Positions 37,701 through 50,313 of a DNA stretch of 64,000 nucleotides are shown here, in pieces. Numbering within the stretch: the first letter of the stretch is position 1; every line of letters starts with the position of its first letter. Both the position numbers and the translations under genes were made by a program. The notes under the pieces are model-generated. The model did no database searches and was not told the origin of the DNA. It saw nothing but the letters and a program-made list of their open reading frames with translations. The stretch covers positions 67,024,001 to 67,088,000 of the forward strand of contig NC_045696.1 in NCBI RefSeq assembly GCF_009834535.1, written 5' to 3'. This DNA is from Camelus ferus (Eukaryota).

Positions 37701-39887
37701 CAGACAGGAAATGACTTTTCCAAGGTAGCAGAGCTAGTCCTTATAGAGCCAAACTAAAACTCCCCAAATTCAAGTACCTATACCAAGTCCATTACCCCAC
37801 TGTCCCATTTGTAATTTAAGAGTTAGGAAACATAAACCTCTAATGCAGAAGTAATCCAGACTCTTCCTCTGCCTTCATACTACACCTTACATCAACGATC
37901 AGATGTCCTGTAATTTGCCTTATGTAACTCTTGAGACTCACTCCACACCAACAAAACACACTACAAAAGACAGATCTGACTGCCCCAAAGTTCTTGTCAA
38001 CAGATTTCTTATTTCCATAAGCTGTTTTTTCCTTATTTTAATGCCTTCTAAAACTACCTGGTTATTGACACATTATTTTAAAACCTTTTTAAAGGTTTTT
38101 TTTTTTTTCTTTTTGCTTTGTTGAATTCCTACCATGCTGTCTCTTTGGCATTTTCTCATTTTTATTTGTCCAGATCCTCAATTAAAAGAGAGAGAGGAAA
38201 AAAAAAAAAATTGCTTTACTAGAGCTTCAACCTAGTCCCAAAATAAAGGAGATAGACTCATTATCTGATTATTCCCTTTACTTAAACAAGTTGAAAGGAT
38301 AAAAATAAACAAATGTGGAGTGATTCAGGGATGACAAAGGGATTTTATATAAACAATCCCAATCACAAAAATACTAGTCAAACACACAAAACAAATGAAG
38401 GATAGTGAGAACTGCCTTTATCATAGACACACCTGAAATATGTTCTCAAGCTGGTCATATTCAATGTAATAACAGCTAATGTAAGCTGATGCTAGAGTAT
38501 TTTTATAAAGTTTTTTTAAAAAAATTAAACCTCACCCATTTATAATCCATGTAAATAGACTTATAAACACAAAACACAAAACTCTTAGCATCAGTATCTT
38601 GGTAAAAGTACAATAAAAGAGCAATTGAAAATGCCAACAGTGAAGCTCAGGAACAGGTTCAAACATCATAAACTCAGTTCCTGAGACTCCCACGGTTAGA
38701 AAAAAGAAATGCTTTTCTAAATAAGAAAATGCCTTCATCAACATAAAGCATAGTCAAACATTATAACAAATATTTTTGATGTGACACTAAGTAGGATTTG
38801 CAGGTCAGGGAGGAATCTGTATGGCTGATTATCTTCCTGTTTACATCTTCTAATATTTCAGAATACATTTTTGCTATGTGACTTTAGTCTTAGAACACTT
38901 AACCTACTTGAATCTCCTCAGTCTCCAAATAAAATTAAAACAATACTATCTACCTCCTCTGTCATTTGGTGTACATTGTGAAGAAAAAGCCAACAGAATT
39001 TCTTTACTGATGGCGTGTAATGGTGAGAGAAAGAGAGCTGTCAAGAACAACCTGAAGGTATTCAGTCTGAGGGTCTGGAAGGATGGCGTTGCCATTATTT
39101 GAGGAAGCCTGTAGACAGACTACGTCTGAGATACATGCTCCTCCAACTGACAGTGCCCCAGCTCACTGATCACAGTTAACAGCAATAGCTGAGGAATTCA
39201 AAGGAATCAGAGTTCTATTCAATCCACTATTTAACCCAGGTCTAGCACACATGCTCTGTGCTTTGTTGAATTCTGTGGTAACAGATTTCTACATATGGCT
39301 GCTCACGTATTTCAATATGAAAAGAGCATGTTTCTAAGAAAGGTCTTTACCTCCTAGTAAGGTTACCTACAGAAGGGGGCCAGAGTTATCTAAATGATAG
39401 ACTCTATTTCTTAAGATACTTCTGTATTCTAATTATTTTGTTATTTAATACATTTTATATTTGTGGGAAAAACATTTGATATGTACTATATATCATATCT
39501 AAAATACTATTTTTAAAATGCTATATACTTTTATACGTAATCAGAAAATAAAATTCCAACTGAAATGGAGGATTTAGAATTGAAGGAACAAGGTCAAAAG
39601 CAGTTTTAACATGATTTTTTTGTTGTTGTTGTTAACAATTGTTAAGAATGCCCAGCTCCTTCCCGTCTGACAAATCCCTTCCCTTAGGAACTGTAGGGGT
39701 GCTAAATTATTCATCTTTCCTTTTGGGAAGTCAATGGATATCTAAAATGTATAAATAAAGAAAGAGAAATTGCAGTCTGTTATTTAGAATTAGAAAGCTA
39801 TCTAGCAGGGTAACAGGAAATTAAGATCTACAAATTTGTGAGTAAATGGTGAGAGGAAGTGTAATTTTCATAGGAGTCAGTAGATAC

Positions 39888-40344
39888 TGTGTCAGTTGGA
39901 GTCTGAGCAGAAAACAGATGGCACACTGTTGTTGAAGAGAGTTTAATGAAAAGCAATTTACAAAACTGTGGACCATGTTTAGGTAAAACAATAAGGGATG
40001 ATAAAGTACCCAGATTACATCAAGGGGCAGGTGGAAGAAGCAATTACCAGTACCTGGTGTGACCTATAGCTGTAGGGGAAGGTCACTCAGAGGAGCCGTG
40101 GCTGACAGGAGGGATAGTCACAGATGGGAAACACTGCCCAACCCTCACCTTATGGAAAACTAGTCAGCAAGACAAACACCTTCCCTTCAATCTCCAATGA
40201 TGCCTCCCATTGGCTAAATCCATTTGGAAGACTCAGCACATGAGATCCTAGACAGTGACATCTAAAGGTCAGCCTCATAGGTCACAGTGTTGGGTGGAAG
40301 ATGATGGAGAATAGATGTGGAGAAGCTCAGAAAATTCCAACTCA
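39888..40344 (-). mobile_element. ERVL solo LTR (LTR33-like)
   Basis: TGTGTCAG start, CAGAAAACAGATGGCACACT, TGCCTCCCATTGGCTAAA, AGGTCAGCCTC, ending ...TCCAACTCA. Confidence 0.75.
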
Positions 40345-40479
40345 GTTACTCCCTAAGGTGGGAAGCTTAAAAATGTTAAAGTTGCCTGGGAAAACACACA
40401 GGTGCCTATAAAGGAACATGCTTATTTTTTAATAGAGAAAATTTGAAAGAGTAAAGTTAAAAATAATTCCTATCTCTTA

Positions 40480-41640
40480 GAGATAACCATTGCTTATATG
40501 TTATTTATATGTCATTTAAAGTTATATTACATCATAATTTTTTATAAAGTGTATTAAATATAATATTACTTGAATACAATGGAGATTAAATTTAAGATAT
40601 TTAAAGTATAACCAAAGGGTGAAATCCAAGGATTTACTGTTACATATTTCTTTACCACAAGCTTTGTTAGTATAAGTGCTTTAGCACATTTTGCATTGTT
40701 TTAAATTTTATACTTTATATGACATTAAACTTTGCATTTACCATTTATTTACATTTTTCTGGGTTCATAGATTTGTATTTTATTACATGGTCATTAGCCA
40801 ATCTGATTATTCATTTGGGTGCTTAAATTAACCTAGATTTTGCCAATGGGAACCCCTTTAAGCTACCTCCTCTGGCCTTTTGACATGAACCCATCATTCT
40901 AAGAATATTTCTTTACTTTTCAGCATTACAAAATGTTCCAGGCTCATCTTGTGTTTTCCCTGCCCAAGCCATAGAAGCAGCCATTCCTTCAAAGATCTCT
41001 GGTTTCTTCTAGTGGAGAATTATATTTCAAAATCAAAATCTAAGTGATGATTGTGCTCATTTATATAAGCCTACCTCTGTTCCCGAGCCCTCCTGGTGAA
41101 CAGAGCTAGGGAATGCACACCCACACTCATTTACACCTATGTTCATATAGCTATTAATTAATGTGTTTGTCTCTGTATCTATTTGTCTGTCTATACTGAA
41201 AATCATGAGTTCACACTGATACCTTCAGTTCTAATCTAACACCATAGTTTCATTTTGTCCATATTTGCAACTCCCTTCTCTAACAGTGAAGCACCTGGCT
41301 CCCATTATACTTAATAGGTTTGCTTATTTCATTAACCCCTTGTATATCAAAAATTTCCCCCACTGCTGGCACGTGCACCCACTTCCCCCTGCCAGGACTC
41401 CAGTGTTGCATGTTGCGCTGTCCCTCTCTCGACATGCAGAAACACTCCTCACGCCCGTTGGTCTCCAACACTGTGTGCTGAGCTCCCAGACCTGCACTTG
41501 GACGCCTCTCACACTAGTTAGGCTCTCACATCTCACTCTGGGGCACTATAGTTTTTCCTCTCTTACCAATACAAACACCAGACTTTCCTTGGACTGGATG
41601 GTTCAGGAAGAAAAGGGAATAGAAAGAGGAATAAAAAAAT
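40480..41640 (-). mobile_element. Old L1MC4/5-type 3' region
   Basis: TTTGCCAATGGGAACCCCTTTAAGCT, AATGTTCCAGGCTCATCTTGTG, GAACAGAGCTAGG, CATGAGTTCACACTGATACC, CAGTGAAGCACCTGGCTCCCATT. Confidence 0.8.
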
Positions 41641-41659
41641 TATTTATTTATTATTTTAA

Positions 41660-43205
41660 ATAGCCATGTTAGAAAGAAAGAAGAGGTGTAAAATCAATGA
41701 GCTAACTTTCTACCATAAAAATTCTAGAAAAAGAACGAACTAAAAAAAGTGGAAATACTGAAAAATAAAAGTAAAAACTAAATATAGAAATTAATAAAAT
41801 AGAAACTGGACAAATAAGAAAAAATAACAATGGCAAAAGTTGATTATTTGGTAAGCACTTTAGCAGAACTGCTCAGAAAATGAGATAGAGAAAACGAATT
41901 AGTAATATCAATAGCAAAAGAGGGGAAATCACTGCAGACAAAAAAAATAATTATGAAAAACATTATGCCAATAATTTTGACATTGTAATGGGCAAATTCT
42001 TTGATAAACACAACTTACTCACATAAACATAAGAAGAAATACGAAATCTGAATGCTCATATACCTATTAAGGAAATTGAATTCTTGATCAAAAACCTTCC
42101 CACAAAGAGAAGTTTGGTCACAGATGGCTTCATGGTGAATTCTAGTAAACAACTAAAAGGGAAATAATATCAGTTTTGCAGAATTAAAGGAGGAAACACT
42201 TTCCAAATTATTTTATGAGATAAGCATAATCCTAATATCAAAATCTTACAAAGATATTACAAGAAAATAAAATTATGGAACAACAAACTTATGACCAAAA
42301 ATAAAAAATTTTAGCAAAATACTTGCAAATCCAATCCAATAATATTTTTTAAAGACAATAAATACCTCATGACTAAGTGGCTTTTAACTCAGGAATAAAA
42401 GCCTGGTTTAATAAGAAAACCAATCAATGCAATTTATCATATAAATAAGACTGTGGAGAATAATCATAAGATTATCTCCATAGGTGCAGGCAAGCAGTTA
42501 TGATAAAGCTCACAATAGCCAGCAATAGAAGAAAACTTCTTCCATCTGACTATGGGCATCTACAAAATAACATACTGTTAGCATTATTCTTAATTGTGAA
42601 GGACTTGAATGCAAGAGGGTCATATTACTCCTCAACACTTGCCTTCAACTTTTTAGTGAGAATCTTACCCAGTGAAGTAAGGCAAGAAAAAGAAAAGAAG
42701 AAATAAAGACTGAAAAAAAGAAAATAAAAATATTATTCATAGGTGACATAATTATTAACATTAAAAGCACAATGAAATATACAAAAATACTTCTAGAATA
42801 AGTGCACTTACCAATTTCACAGGGCGCAAAGTAACAGATCAAAAATTGTCTTCTTATAAAAAAGTGGCAAATAGCTGGATTTTAAATTTCTAAAAATACC
42901 ATTTAGTGTATCATCAAATCTCTCAAATATAGAGGCATACATCTAACAAGACATCGTTGCTAAAAACTAAAAAAAAAAAAATTGCTGAAATAAAAATCAA
43001 TCAATCAATCAGTCTAAAAAAAAAAACAGAGAGATATATAATATTCATGGATTGGAAAACTCAACAGTGTTCATATTCTCTGTCCCCAAATTGATCTTTA
43101 AATTTACTGCAATCCCAGTGAAATTCTCAGCAAGCTCTTTTAAAAAATTGAAAGATGATTCTAAAATTTATTTAAGAATGTAAAGGATCTAGGGTGACCG
43201 AAACA
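41660..43205 (+). mobile_element. Old L1M ORF2 fragment (decayed)
   Basis: AAATCAATGAGCTAA, ATTAAGGAAATTGAATT, CAGATGGCTTCATGGTGAATTCT, TTTTATGAGATAAGCATAATCCTAATATCAAAA, TTCATGGATTGGAAAACTCAA. Confidence 0.88.
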
Positions 43206-44099
43206 ATTTCACGTTTGTACCCTGCAGCATTTACAAGATTCCAGAATCAGAAAGTGACAGTTTAGTTTTTACAAGACAGAGTGACCTAAGGTAAGGAAGG
43301 CCAAGGAAAGAAATTCAAAATAAAGATCACTTACTGTGTTCCAGACGTTAGCACTTGGTGTGTATTATATCTTTCAATCTTCTCAGTAACCCTGTGAGTC
43401 AGGTATAATTTGGACCTCTACTTTACAGATGAGCCAGAATACCAAGTAAAGGCTTTCAGATTACAATACTATCTATAAATGAAAAGGAACAGATAAAAAT
43501 GGCATTTATATTCCACATCCAATATAAATAAGCTGAAACATGTTTACCCTCCCAATGTATCATCAGTATCTCCAAACAAGAATGGTGTTTCATTATAAAA
43601 TGACAACTTAACTCTTAGTGATATAAACTAAAATGATTTCTTTTCAAAATTTTTTACAGTGGTTGAATGAACAATGCATTGATGTAAAGACTGAATGACA
43701 AGTTAAAAGTAGGAAGAATATTAAGAGATGATACAGCCAGGCTGTTATCCCAAGCAATTATTCCCAGAAGTTATATAGTAAAGAGGGTAGACATGGACAT
43801 TCTCAGACGTCCATTTATTCCAGCAGTGTGGACCTCTGAATTAAACAATTTTGAAGGGACAAACCTTTATTACTAAACAAGGGTCATTCTCAGAAAATTT
43901 TAAAAAATTAGTATGCTGATACAGGCTTTTTGTGTATCATTCAGTAAAGGAAAAAAAAAAGAATATGAGTAACTACCCTGTTTGCACTGGGGAAAAGTTT
44001 TAAATGTATTATTAAGTATGTATTCTAATAATCCTTGTTGAGTCTTCCTATAGAAGGGAAAAGATAAAAGCACAGCTATTGTGTTTGAGAAATTCAATT

Positions 44100-44750
44100 T
44101 GGTGAGTAAACAAATGTATGTGCCAATAACTGAGATTACAGTGAAATCAGAACTGAGAAGATTGTGTAAATAGCCAAAGGATAAACGGATAGTGGAGGCC
44201 TGGGGGAGGGAGCAGTCAGGGATGGATGGGAGTGGTCATGGAGAAGAAATCTGTGAAGTAAGTGTGATGAATCAATAGCAGGGCAAGAATAGTAAATTCA
44301 TTCTGGATAAGGAATCATGATAATCAGATACACAGTGGCTTAGAGCATAGTATGTTCCAGGAACTGCAAGAAAGTCAATATGGCTAAATAAATGTGTGGT
44401 TGATGGGCAAGCAAAGAGGCTAAGGGGGCGGAATGTGCAGGGTTGGGAATTTTACCCTGAGGTTGCAGAACCATGCAAGATTTTATACATGGAGGTGGTC
44501 TATTTGTATAGTATCGGTAATCTGGCCCAGGTTGGAGTTTGGATGATGATTAAAAGACTATTGCAATAGTTGACAGGAATTACAACATGGGACAAATCTA
44601 AAGACATAGAAGTGAGATTGAAAGGTGAATCTGAGGACATTTCGGAGGCAGGATCAGTGGAAATGAGCAAATCACTGAACGCACAAGGAAGGCAGAAGGA
44701 GAGAGTCAAGGCTGACTCAGGGTCTGGGACACAAGTAGCTGCATGAACAT
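44100..44750 (-). mobile_element. L2 LINE fragment
   Basis: ATGTTCCAGGAACTGCAAGAAAGTCAATATGGCT, TTTTACCCTGAGG, AGACTATTGCAATAGT, GAGAGTCAAGGCTGACTC. Confidence 0.7.
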
Positions 44751-47044
44751 ACCCAGTGCTGAAGGATGACTTTGATTTGATCGTGCTTGCAATTACAGAC
44801 TTCTAGAACTAAATTAAGAGGGGCCAAAGCATAAGATAAGTAGATCCCCTAGTTTCTTAATGTGAATTCTACCTACAATTCTTTTGTGAATTAAGCTTTG
44901 ATAAAATAAGAGCAATCTTGAATGTTCTAAGTTTTGATTTTCACCCAATGATAGGATGATCGCCACCAACTTTGTTTGGCAAGCTTAGTTTTACCTAGGA
45001 CCTGAGATGTCAAATTTCCTTGTCCTAAGGATTCAGATACTTAATTCCATTCTAAACATGGTGGATGATTCACCCCATCTGACTAATGACCTGACGATAG
45101 GTATAAAAGAAGAGAAATTGCCACAGAACAGCAGATAAGATGAGGCCACACAAACATACTAAGTGTGAACACCTGCTATTCCATCCTAGCAAGTTATTTG
45201 AGAAGTTTCAGGTTAAATAAGCACCAAAAGCCCCTGCGGAAACAGAATGTCCCCGCCCAGAACAACCTCTCCTCTTACCACACTCTGGGGCCTTCCTCTG
45301 TGCTGCTGAGGTTGGGCAAATGCCAGGTCTGACGGCACACTTTTGGCATTATGTGCGTACGGTCCAGGAAACCAGGAGCAAAGTGATTCTCCCCCACTTG
45401 TCCTCCCTCTGTCCCTACATTTGTTCATATGCTGACCTCATCCACCATCTCAATCTAAGCTCCGGAAATTCACCATCACACCCTATGTCTGACCTTGAAC
45501 CAGTTCTCCAGGAAACCCCCTGTCCCTGGGCCCCTCTTCACCTCTGAGGAATCCCAGCAGAGATGGGTGGTTTCCAGGGAAGGCTCAGGACTGAGGATCA
45601 AGGAACCTGAACTATCATCTCCTAACCTCACTCAAGTTTCCATTCCTTAAAGTGGAAATTGTCATGACTCAGCCACTACATCGTAGGGAAAACCAAACAG
45701 GATGATGTAAAATGGTCTTTGTCAGCTTAAAATGCTACACAAATGGGAGGGATTATAATTGTCATATAGCCTTTCTCAGCGAGTTTATACATATTGTCTG
45801 AATGACATTAACAATGAACTTCAGGTTTCTTCTTTTGTATGAGGGGAATAAAAATACGGCCTTAACAGAGTGGTTATGAGAACAAAATGAGTAAACATAT
45901 GAAGCATACGGCACAAGTCTTGGAAGCACTAAACGCTGAATAAAAGGTGGTACTCTGGGTAGAAGTGATGCTATTGTTAGTATTCCTCCTATTGATCTAT
46001 TCCAAATAAATCAGAATTCGAGCCTAACCTACCTACAGGGCATAAATGCAGGGCTTGGTGGGGACTCAGCAGGTAGGCGGTGCAGAGGGGGTGGTGCAGT
46101 CACACATGGTGTGCAGAATGAAGCAGTGAGGTGCTTGTTTAAGTGGCAGATCACACTAGACTATGGCCCAGGCTTGGTGATAATACAGCATTACCCACTG
46201 GTAATAATTAGGGGCTGTGAGACTAAGCTTTCTTAGAGCAAGCCTCACGGAGGAAGGGCCGAGAGAGTATCCTGAATGCATTTTGAATCATCACTGACTG
46301 TGAACTTGAGCTGCCCCTCCTGGCCCTTTCCCTGTGGATAGGGATGCTACAGGCAACTACCACTATCTTTTTAGGTATGGGAAATCTTCAGCCTGCCCTT
46401 TATTTCAGAACCTAGAACTCAAGAATTGGAGAAACCATAGAGATCATTTAACCCTAACCCACTTCGTTCCCAGTGATGTGACTTGGCCCAGAGGGAGATG
46501 ACTTGCCGAAGGTCGCACAGATTACCAATGAACTAGACCCAGTCTCCTGACTCTCGGGTAGGGCTCACTTCCTCTTTTATTCTGCACTCGGTTAACTTGG
46601 TCTCTGTTGGCCCAGACCACCTTGTTGCTGGTTTTCTGAGGTTGAGCACCTGGGTGGTTTCTTATCTAAGTCTTGGACAGCAGCCAGGCGTGCAGATAGG
46701 CAGAAGCGGCTGACTCAGACTTCACTTGGGAACACTTTGTGCCTAAGGGGCCAAGGCACAGTCTAAAGGAAGGGCGTGGGCTCTGGGCGCTTCCCCATAG
46801 CTCCCAAATGTTGTCGGTGTGACTGGGTGAATGAGGGGGAAAGAGCATGGTTTCACCCTGCAGGGCTCCCGCTAACGAGTTCTGGGACACGAAGCAGCTT
46901 TGATTACTCACCTACCTCGAGATATGCTTGGCCCGGGTAAGCTGAGCAGTGAATTGCAGGGGTATCACTCAGTGTAAAAAAAAAAAAAAAGGAAAAAAGA
47001 GAGAGAGAGATTTGCTTTTGCAGGAGAAAAATCCTCATGATTTT

Positions 47045-47420
47045 TCATGTATTCAGTCATTTATGCAAGAGCTATTTATTGATTACCTGCCACGTGCCAG
47101 GAGGTGTGCAAATGTTCGGATATACAAAGGCAGTTAACATGACCCCTGTTCTAAAGAAGGGAAAGATGGAAGGTCAAGAGACAAATTTTATGCAGTGAGC
47201 TATATGCTGTGACAGTGGTGAGCACAAGGCATGTGGAAGCTCCGGGGGGACTGTGTTGTGTGTGTGTGTGTGTGTTGTGCACGTGTGCGGTGCTCAGAAA
47301 GGTTTCCCTGGAAATGATGCTTGAGCTGCATCTTTAAGGATACAGAGGGAGTTTAGCATCAGAGGTGTGAGACAGCATGGCTGTTCTGGGGAATCAGTAA
47401 TTCCATATGGCCAGAGTGCA
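47045..47420 (-). mobile_element. L2 3' end containing a (TG)n tract
   Basis: ATTCAGTCATT...TATTTATTGATTACCTGCCACGTGCCAGG; TGCTTGAGCTG; TG repeat at ~47252-47288. Confidence 0.75.
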
Positions 47421-49208
47421 GACTTAAAAATAAAGATTATCAGAAGATGCCTAGTGTGTCGCTGTCAGCTCACTGTAGAAATGTTCTATCTTACTTTGCT
47501 GTCAAGCAAATGGAAGTTCAAACCATTCTCCCAAGATTCAGGATATCAAGCACCAAACCATGATTAGACTGAACCTTCATTTCTCATGTGCCTCTTCTCC
47601 TCAACTTGGAAGAGCATATTTAAAAAAAAAAAATTATCTTCAACTCTTCCTTAATGTAGAGACCAAGCAGTTGTTTGGAACTGAGATCCAAATTTCTAAT
47701 GGAAACCATGGCATGAATATTGGTTAGGAATCCAGGTTTATCCCACAAAAAGCTACTTTATCTATAATACACCTGTAACACTGTACAAAATAGTTACAGT
47801 AACTGACTATAAAATACCACCAACTCTGTGTGGGAAAATGGACTTTAATTTGGAGTGCTTGGAAAATCTCCCCCAAACCATCCTGAGGTGGAAGATGGGG
47901 ACTTCAGGATCATACTAACTGGGTCTAGGAGGACAGAGAGTGAGAATGCAAAGGGAGTGTATAACCACTGGACACCAGGGATCTGGAAAATGTGAGACAT
48001 AGTGTCTTTTCCAGAACGAACGCCGAAATGAATGCCCCAAGGACGTCTCTCAGTCATCCTGTCTCCATAATCACCCATCCTGTCCATTTTTCTTGAGGAA
48101 ACCCTTCCATGATACCACCTGAGGTGTAGGACCATGTTTCGCTCCTCTCTGATGTCCTATAGAGACTCTCCTTATCTCCTGAAATGGGCACCTAAAAATT
48201 TGAAAGTTTCATCAAGGGCATTTGCTGCTAGAAACTAAGGAAAATTAAGAATTAAAAAAGAAAAACCCCAATGCCGTTTATATATTTTTTTCAAGTAGAT
48301 TCTTTGGAGAAAGTCAAAAGTGTATAATCAGACACACTTGTAAAGAGGTTGGGAAGCCTTCATTGGGGTCTTGGGCCGGTCTAAGTTTAGTGCCTAGTGT
48401 GCAAGTCCTTGGTAGGCTATGTTTCACCTTTGCTTTGAACTTAACTAAAAACAAACCAACAAATAAACAAACAAACAAAGTAGAGGGACGGAAAGTCAGC
48501 ATGTGGATGTTTCTCTGTGTCTGTTTTCCCAAGTCATCCTGTCACCATAGTGCTGGATGCTCAGGAAAAGAAGGGGCAGGGTAGAGAAAACATAATAAAA
48601 AACATATCAGACCCTGATAATATTGTCCTTTTGCCAGTTGTATCTTCTTAGTCTCTACCTATGCCAATGATAAAAAACAAATATTTATCTTATGCTTTAG
48701 CATTTCCTAAAATGTTTGAACACTTAAAAAATTAAGATGCAATTCTTTAAGTATGAATTACGGACTGAATTAATAGAAACACTGGAAGTCATTCAGAGAT
48801 GATCCTATCCAACTTATTAATTCTACAAATGAGAAAACTGAGTCACCCAGAGAGAGAACTCAGCGTGTTCAGGTTCACAAAGGGAACCAAAAGCATATTC
48901 AGTCAACAAAGCACTTTCATATCCATTACCTCATTTGGTATTCACAAAACTCTGGGTTTGCCCCAAATCAGTTTGGTTAAAGTGATTTGCCTAAAGCCAC
49001 ACAGTTAATGTGACAGCTATAAACAGACTCCAGATTTCTGAAATTCCAACTCCAGTGCTTCTAAGACTCTATAGAGATGGCCTTGTGGGATTCCCCCCAA
49101 AAAACATTTGACCCATGGAATAGGTTAAGAACTTAAAAAAAAAAAAATGATCACCTTGGGGTAATCCCAGATAACAACAACAAAAAAAATTATCACAAAG
49201 TCAAAACT

Positions 49209-49285
49209 ATAAACAGAACTCTTAGAATGAATGTTAAATGAGCCATAAACAAAACTCTTCTTAGAATGAATGTTAAATGAGCCAT
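49209..49285. repeat. Local tandem duplication (~36-39 bp unit)
   Basis: TCTTAGAATGAATGTTAAATGAGCCAT identical at 49220-49246 and 49259-49285, each preceded by ATAAACA(G/A)AAC. Confidence 0.95.
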
Positions 49286-50290
49286 CTGCTTTTATTTATT
49301 TTTTTAGCTGATATGTTACATGGCCCATCACGTAGCAATTCAGAACATTCTAAATTTTTTAAATAAATTTTTCATTCAAAAAAGTTCTCCTATAGTTTAA
49401 AACAAATTGCTGTCATTGTTGCTGTTATATCATCGTCATTACCACTACTGTCTTCTCTTTGGAGATGAGAAACTGAAGCCCACAGTCTCAAAGGTAATAA
49501 ATGGAAGCATGTACCTAGGTTTTCTGATTCTAAATCCAATAGGTTAAATATTACTTACAGCGCATTTCAAACCATTTCTTGTTGTATTTGCTTTAGTCTC
49601 ATGGAGCAACACATTTTGACACTCGCCGTCCTGAATAGTATTTGTATATTTAAACGTCAATTTGTTTCTAGGTAAATAGTGGCCTATAGATTTGAGACCA
49701 TCGGATCATTATGTGAAGGTATTTGCTATAAACACTACCAGTGAAGATTGGCTTTCAAAAATATATTCAGTACTACCTATCTACCAGATCCAAGTTTCCA
49801 GTTAAATGTTTTTCAATCTGTTCCTCAGGTTAACATATGAATTAATAAAAATTAAAGTGTATAAATTTGTATATAATTCTTTGAACAATGAAGATAGAAA
49901 GGAGAGATGATAAAATTTTTTTCTTTAAAACATTCAGTGTACTTTTGTGTCCTTTTTTTTTTGAAACTTCCTTTCACTTGGTCAATAAAAAGTTTGGTTA
50001 AATCTGATTTGTTTTAAGTAAGTTCATACTAATTTAGTGCAGGAATTTTTTTGTTTGTTTGTTTTTGTTTTTTGTTACAAGAAAGTAGATTTATTCTGTT
50101 GCCAAGCAGATCTATCTCTGGGCCAGTATATGTAATAGATCAAAGCTCACAACCAGAGCAGATTTATCTTCCTGGATCCACATAATGAGTCTGAGAGCAA
50201 TTCATTATTATGTAGCCTGAGAAAATAACTTACCAATGCTAAATATTGTAGTTCATTTCAGCCATTGTGGCTGAGAGCTAGGCTGGGTTG

Positions 50291-50313
50291 TTTTGCGAAG
50301 GTTAATATTTAAC
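50291..50313. promoter_or_regulatory. HNF1-type palindromic site with adjacent C/EBP-like half site
   Basis: GTTAATATTTAAC (50301-50313), one mismatch to GTTAATNATTAAC, directly preceded by TTTTGCGAAG; motif match only. Confidence 0.35.

Noticed and set aside
41265..41663. 132-aa ORF in a GC-richer patch
   Set aside because: Falls in the GC-rich part of an old L1MC 3' region.
10108..49285. 27-36 bp direct repeats as CRISPR-like arrays
   Set aside because: Each is a two-copy local duplication of unrelated sequence with no spacer series or cas genes, in a eukaryotic context.
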